Of a DNA stretch of 64,000 nt, positions 59,995-64,000 are shown one piece after another (the stretch's first letter is position 1; every line of letters begins with the position of its first letter). The DNA is from an uncultured Pseudomonadota bacterium. GTDB lineage: Bacteria > Pseudomonadota > Alphaproteobacteria > RF32 > CAG-239. The notes beneath the pieces are model-generated. The model searched no databases. It worked only from the letters and a program-made list of their open reading frames with translations, and was not told the origin of the DNA. Where the stretch lies: positions 4,309 to 68,308 of the forward strand of contig CADAAN010000006.1 of NCBI GenBank assembly GCA_902785935.1, read 5' to 3'. Made by a program: the position numbers and the translations under genes.

Positions 59995-60609
59995 TTAGTA
60001 GAATTTCCAAGAAACCGTTGCTTGTTCGGTGCATGTAGCTACAGCACCTGTACCCGAAGCTCCGCCCATCGGATAAGGTTTACCCTCATCAGCACCTAGT
60101 ACTTTACCTTTGGCATAATTTGTACCGGTAGAAGCTTCAATTTCTACACCGATAAAACCCGAACCGGCACCCGAACCAAAATCAGCCGTTGCAAGTGCAA
60201 TGCAAGCCTCCTTAGGTAATCCTTTGTAACTGATTACAAAGGCTGTTGGTTTTGCATCACCAGTAATTGCTGTATTGACAGCAGAAATTGTATTTGAAGT
60301 AGCCATAGCTTCTAAAATTTGAACACTTCCTTTAAATGGGTTTGTTAAAGCGGCAGGAGATGTACCCATTACAGGCGGAACAATTCCTAAACTGACAGCT
60401 TGTGTCGCCAAGCCGGCGTAGTTACCCTGCTGTCCATACATTGTTCGGATGTTTGTCACAAGCATTGTGATTTGTTCCATTGTCGTGTTGAGTTTGTGTT
60501 TGAACATCGCTTTTGAATAGCCTGCCAAACCGCCGGCTGACAAAACACCGATAATCGCCAAAACACCAAGCATTTCAACCATTGAACGACCATTTTGATT
60601 ATTCTTCAT
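59995..60609 (-). CDS. type IV pilin-like protein
   Basis: MKNNQNG|RSMVEMLGVLAIIGVLSAGGLAGYSKAMF; second gene of a two-pilin operon. Confidence 0.65.
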   Translation of the reverse strand: MKNNQNGRSMVEMLGVLAIIGVLSAGGLAGYSKAMFKHKLNTTMEQITMLVTNIRTMYGQQGNYAGLATQAVSLGIVPPVMGTSPAALTNPFKGSVQILEAMATSNTISAVNTAITGDAKPTAFVISYKGLPKEACIALATADFGSGAGSGFIGVEIEASTGTNYAKGKVLGADEGKPYPMGGASGTGAVATCTEQATVSWKFY

Positions 60610-60648
60610 TTTTTTATTCCTTTATTAAACTGTTAAAAACTTATATGA

Positions 60649-61230
60649 TTAATAGAACTTCCAAATGATTGTGTTTTTTGCACCTGCACAATCACTAACT
60701 GCATCAGCCATTTCATACGCTTTTCCCTCAGCACGTTTGTTTGCAATGCCTGTACCAATGACTATAGAAGATCCATCTGCTGAGGCTGCTGCAGTACCTG
60801 TTTTATCGGCTATAACACCTACAAAACCTGAACCTGCGCCTGAACCAAAGTCAGACGTTGCCAAAGCAATACAAGCTTCTGTTGGTAAACCATCAAAAGC
60901 GACTGTAAATGATTCATTGTTTGTACCTGTAGCAACAATATTAACATTACCCTTAAATGGGTTTGTAAGTGTGGCTCCACTACCCATAACAGCCGGAACA
61001 ACACCAAGACTTGATGCTTCTGTATTTGTTAATCCCGCATAATTTCCCTGTGTGCCGTACATTGTACGGATATTCGTCACAAGCATTGTGATTTGATCCA
61101 TGGTGGTATTGAGTTTGTGCTTGAACATGGCCTTTGAATAACCTGCCAAACCGCCGGCTGACAAAACACCGATGATGGCAAGTACGCCAAGCATTTCGAC
61201 CATACTACGGCCGTTTTCGTTATTTTTCAT
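60649..61230 (-). CDS. type IV pilin-like protein
   Basis: MKNNENG|RSMVEMLGVLAIIGVLSAGGLAGYSKAMF; N-terminal 60 aa nearly identical to 59995..60609. Confidence 0.65.
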   Translation of the reverse strand: MKNNENGRSMVEMLGVLAIIGVLSAGGLAGYSKAMFKHKLNTTMDQITMLVTNIRTMYGTQGNYAGLTNTEASSLGVVPAVMGSGATLTNPFKGNVNIVATGTNNESFTVAFDGLPTEACIALATSDFGSGAGSGFVGVIADKTGTAAASADGSSIVIGTGIANKRAEGKAYEMADAVSDCAGAKNTIIWKFY

Positions 61231-61513
61231 TTTTCAATTCCTTTTAAAAATTATTACGTAAAACCGCCCCTAAAAGAGCGGTCGGAGAGTTAAACAATCA
61301 TGGATTAGAAAATGACTCCGACAACCTTTAGATTAAAAATCCTGAACATTCGCTACCGGCTCCCCGACACTTTTCGGGGATAATGTGCTATATTTAAAAT
61401 AAAAAATAACACCACATCAATACAGTGTTATCCTCACTGTCTAATCCAAGAGTTGTTTAAAACTCCGCGCCCGTCTCAGGCACTTGATAGAAAAAGTCAC
61501 CTCTTTCTATCCG
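61231..61513 (-). promoter_or_regulatory. type-2 conserved 5' leader with attenuator hairpin
   Basis: Promoter TTGACA-17-TTAAAT (61520..61548) puts TSS at the leader 5' end; terminal hairpin ccgctc-ttttag-gggcgg + T-run ~35 nt before ATG. Confidence 0.7.
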
Positions 61514-61613
61514 ACCATTATTTAACAACACAAATGCTTAATTGTCAATTAAAAAAAACTATAACTTTAGTCATAGTTTTGCATTTGAACAATGTCTTCA
61601 TCAAATGCAGGCT

Positions 61614-63419
61614 TTATAAAAAATATTTCAAAAACAGGCCTACTTCGTGATGATGACGAGGCCCGTTTGAACGATATTTCAAATGTGCTTGAAGATCAAT
61701 GTTGCGCTTGATGTGATAACTTGACGTTACACGGCTTTCAAAGGCCGTACCGACTTTTTCGCTTGCAAGTGTTTGCTTAATTTCTGCTTGAAGGCCAAGC
61801 TTTTGTGTTGAAAACAAAATACCACCGATGGCTGAAATGCCGGCATAAGCATTATGTCTTAAAAATCCGCCGTATGCACCGTCGAGGCTTGAAAGAGCGT
61901 ATACAAAAAAGTTGTCTGAAAAAGCATAAGCTCCGCCCAAAGCCAATTCAGTCCGACCGATATGTCCGTATTTTTTTGTATAAAGGTTTTGTATGCGAGG
62001 CACATCAACATTTATTCTGTATGAAGGTGCGTGAAAAGTTTTATCTATCGGGGAAAGTGATACAAGCTCAAGCACCTTTAAGTTTTGCAATACATATCTG
62101 TCTTTGTTATCCAAATGCCTGATATGTGTTTCTAAAAAATTGATGGCCGCACCTTTTAAATAACCTTTCGGATTATCGCTCAAGCTATGATAAGCCGGCC
62201 GGATTTGAAACTCTTGAAAAGCTTCGCCGTTTTCAAAACCGAGACCGAAAGCAATTTTTCCGCTTTCGTGCGAAAGAACGGGATTTTGCCCCTCATGCAA
62301 TTCATCAAATGTTTGTCCGGCATTCATTTGATTGCGTTTTCTTAAGATAAAAAAACTTTTTTTGCGATATTCTTTAAGGTCTAAATCTTTTTTGATGTAT
62401 TGATATTGCACATATTGATATGCTGTTTCCAAAACATCGGCTTGTTTTTCTTTTTCCAAAGCCTCAAGAGGGGCAGAATCGTCTTTAATCAAGCTTAAAA
62501 ATGCGTGATATTGCGATTTATTCATCTGTTTGAGGCGATGTTTGATTTTGTTCATACGTGATGGGCGATAAGTTGTGTCTTTGACAATACCTCGTTGATT
62601 GACAGCCTTAATTGTATCAAGCGGTATAACGTATGTCTTAAAATCTTGCGCAAGTCTTAAATCCGGCTTAACGGCATCTAAAATTTCAAGCAACATATAA
62701 GAACAGTTTTGCGAGAAAAAATAATACGGCGTTGTTATATGCCCGATTTCCCAAATATGCGCCACAAATAAATCAAGCTCATCTTGACTCAAATCAAGGT
62801 GATATTCCCAAATATCACGATTTTCGATGTTGTTATAGGTGTTGATGATGTCATAATAAGGTTTTGTCGTGAGACCGCCTTGAAAAAAGCCCAATAACCC
62901 ATAGATGGCATAAAACGGACTGTCTTCAAAGCCTCTTGTGTATGCACCGTAATTGACCCCGTGAGCTAAAAGTTGCGTGCCTTTGCGCGATGTGTCAATG
63001 CGTATCAGCGTATGACCGAAAAGCGATGAAGAATTGTTCATATACGCATCGGTAAAAAGCAAAGTCACTCCGCTTGGTGATAAATCTTTTTGAAATTGAG
63101 CAAATTCTTCGCATTTTGGAAAAGGTTTTTTGATAATCCCTTTTTCTTTTAAAAGAAGATAGCGTGCCGGAAAAAGGCATTTTTTTTCATTTTGTTCATC
63201 GTTTTCAAAAAGGCTGATTGTTGCCTCAAGCTCTGCTTTCGGATCAGTTTGCCCGTTTTTTGAAAGATAAAAATCGGGGCTTTTGATTGTTCCTTGATAG
63301 GCGCCGAATATCCTCGGCTGATAATGAATGAGGGCAAGCCATTGCCTTGAAAAGGCTAAATCATCGCTTGATTGAAAACCGCATAAAAACAAGCAAAATA
63401 TTAAAACGAATCGACGCAT
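61614..63419 (-). CDS. hypothetical secreted/outer-membrane protein
   Basis: Start set to MRRFVLIFCLFLCGFQS (signal peptide); ~600 aa; ends ...GLFLKYFL. Confidence 0.45.
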   Translation of the reverse strand: MRRFVLIFCLFLCGFQSSDDLAFSRQWLALIHYQPRIFGAYQGTIKSPDFYLSKNGQTDPKAELEATISLFENDEQNEKKCLFPARYLLLKEKGIIKKPFPKCEEFAQFQKDLSPSGVTLLFTDAYMNNSSSLFGHTLIRIDTSRKGTQLLAHGVNYGAYTRGFEDSPFYAIYGLLGFFQGGLTTKPYYDIINTYNNIENRDIWEYHLDLSQDELDLFVAHIWEIGHITTPYYFFSQNCSYMLLEILDAVKPDLRLAQDFKTYVIPLDTIKAVNQRGIVKDTTYRPSRMNKIKHRLKQMNKSQYHAFLSLIKDDSAPLEALEKEKQADVLETAYQYVQYQYIKKDLDLKEYRKKSFFILRKRNQMNAGQTFDELHEGQNPVLSHESGKIAFGLGFENGEAFQEFQIRPAYHSLSDNPKGYLKGAAINFLETHIRHLDNKDRYVLQNLKVLELVSLSPIDKTFHAPSYRINVDVPRIQNLYTKKYGHIGRTELALGGAYAFSDNFFVYALSSLDGAYGGFLRHNAYAGISAIGGILFSTQKLGLQAEIKQTLASEKVGTAFESRVTSSYHIKRNIDLQAHLKYRSNGPRHHHEVGLFLKYFL

Positions 63420-63477
63420 TTGATAAACAAAAAGCACGGTTTAATCAAATCCCGTGCTTTTATCCTTTTATAAAAAA

Positions 63478-63936
63478 CTATGCTTTCATAATTTCGCAGA
63501 ATTTTAATGTGACATCAGCAACATCAACATTTTCATTCGGGAATAAAACTGCAAAGTTTTGATAAGCCCTTTGTGCAACAACTTTTTCATCCATATCAAG
63601 GATGCCCGCAAGTGTTGTCAAAGTTTCACCTTCACCGGCAGCAACGTCAATAGCGAACTGTTCCATATTATTTTCCAAAAATGAAAAGACCATTTTTTGT
63701 GTGCCGCCCGAAATGCGTCCGTTCGGATCGCAACCCGATGTACCGAAAGTAATACCGAATGTTTGGTTGCCGAAAGTTTCATTTGTCGTTACGGCCAAAA
63801 TTTGCGGCAAAATACCGCTTTGTCCGCGCCAAGCCATTGAGCCCAAACCGCAACCCGTGCTGTCATAAGCATTTGCAGCGTTTGACAAAGCCAAAGCCAC
63901 GCAAAAACCGGCAGATGCCAAAAGTAAATTTTTCAT
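63478..63936 (-). CDS. DUF3015-family secreted protein
   Basis: Signal peptide MKNLLLASAGFCVALALSNAANA; GCGLGSMAW...TTNETFGNQTFGITFGTSGC pattern typical of DUF3015. Confidence 0.55.
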   Translation of the reverse strand: MKNLLLASAGFCVALALSNAANAYDSTGCGLGSMAWRGQSGILPQILAVTTNETFGNQTFGITFGTSGCDPNGRISGGTQKMVFSFLENNMEQFAIDVAAGEGETLTTLAGILDMDEKVVAQRAYQNFAVLFPNENVDVADVTLKFCEIMKA

Positions 63937-64000
63937 TATATTTCTCCAATCTGAATATAAAATATCACACCTCTTTAATTTACCAAAATACATAAAATTG

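Overview
This is an AT-rich (~35% GC) bacterial chromosome segment, and the gene content points to an alphaproteobacterium. The evidence is CcrM, GapR/DUF2312 and DUF4167, plus the tRNA-Trp–secE–nusG arrangement. The abundance of BspA-type leucine-rich-repeat (LRR) secreted proteins suggests a host-associated or intracellular lineage.

Housekeeping genes present: an mla-like ABC operon, kdsD-lptC/A-lptB, a eukaryote-like ileS, ccrM, two Ppx/GppA paralogs, rlmE, nusG, secE, typA, gap, pgk, amiC, tRNA-Leu and tig.

Accessory features interleaved with these:
- An integrase-bounded island at 1..~9950. It ends in a duplicated tRNA 3'-end att repeat and carries ATP-grasp, guanylate-kinase-like, Nudix, APH-like, glycosyltransferase and Hsp70-like cargo.
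- Five paralogous secreted proteins sharing an invariant C-terminal ...RIYTIDEANxVAGKxNxFxIRYR tail.
- Three non-canonical type IV pilin-like genes.
- Two abruptly GC-rich single-gene insertions.
- A lipid-A hexosamine-modification-type cluster (ArnT-like / ArnC-like / YdjC-GtrA fusion).
- An IS200 tnpA pseudogene.
- A 78-bp tandem-repeat protein gene.

The most striking signal is two unrelated families of long conserved 5' leader elements: type 1 (~165-190 nt, 4 copies) and type 2 (~280 nt, 3 copies). Each copy has its own sigma70-like promoter placed so that transcription starts at the conserved 5' end. Each ends in an intrinsic-terminator-like hairpin plus U-tract 20-40 nt before the start codon. 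They precede only the surface-protein and pilin genes. This is riboswitch/attenuator architecture, and I cannot assign either family to a known class.
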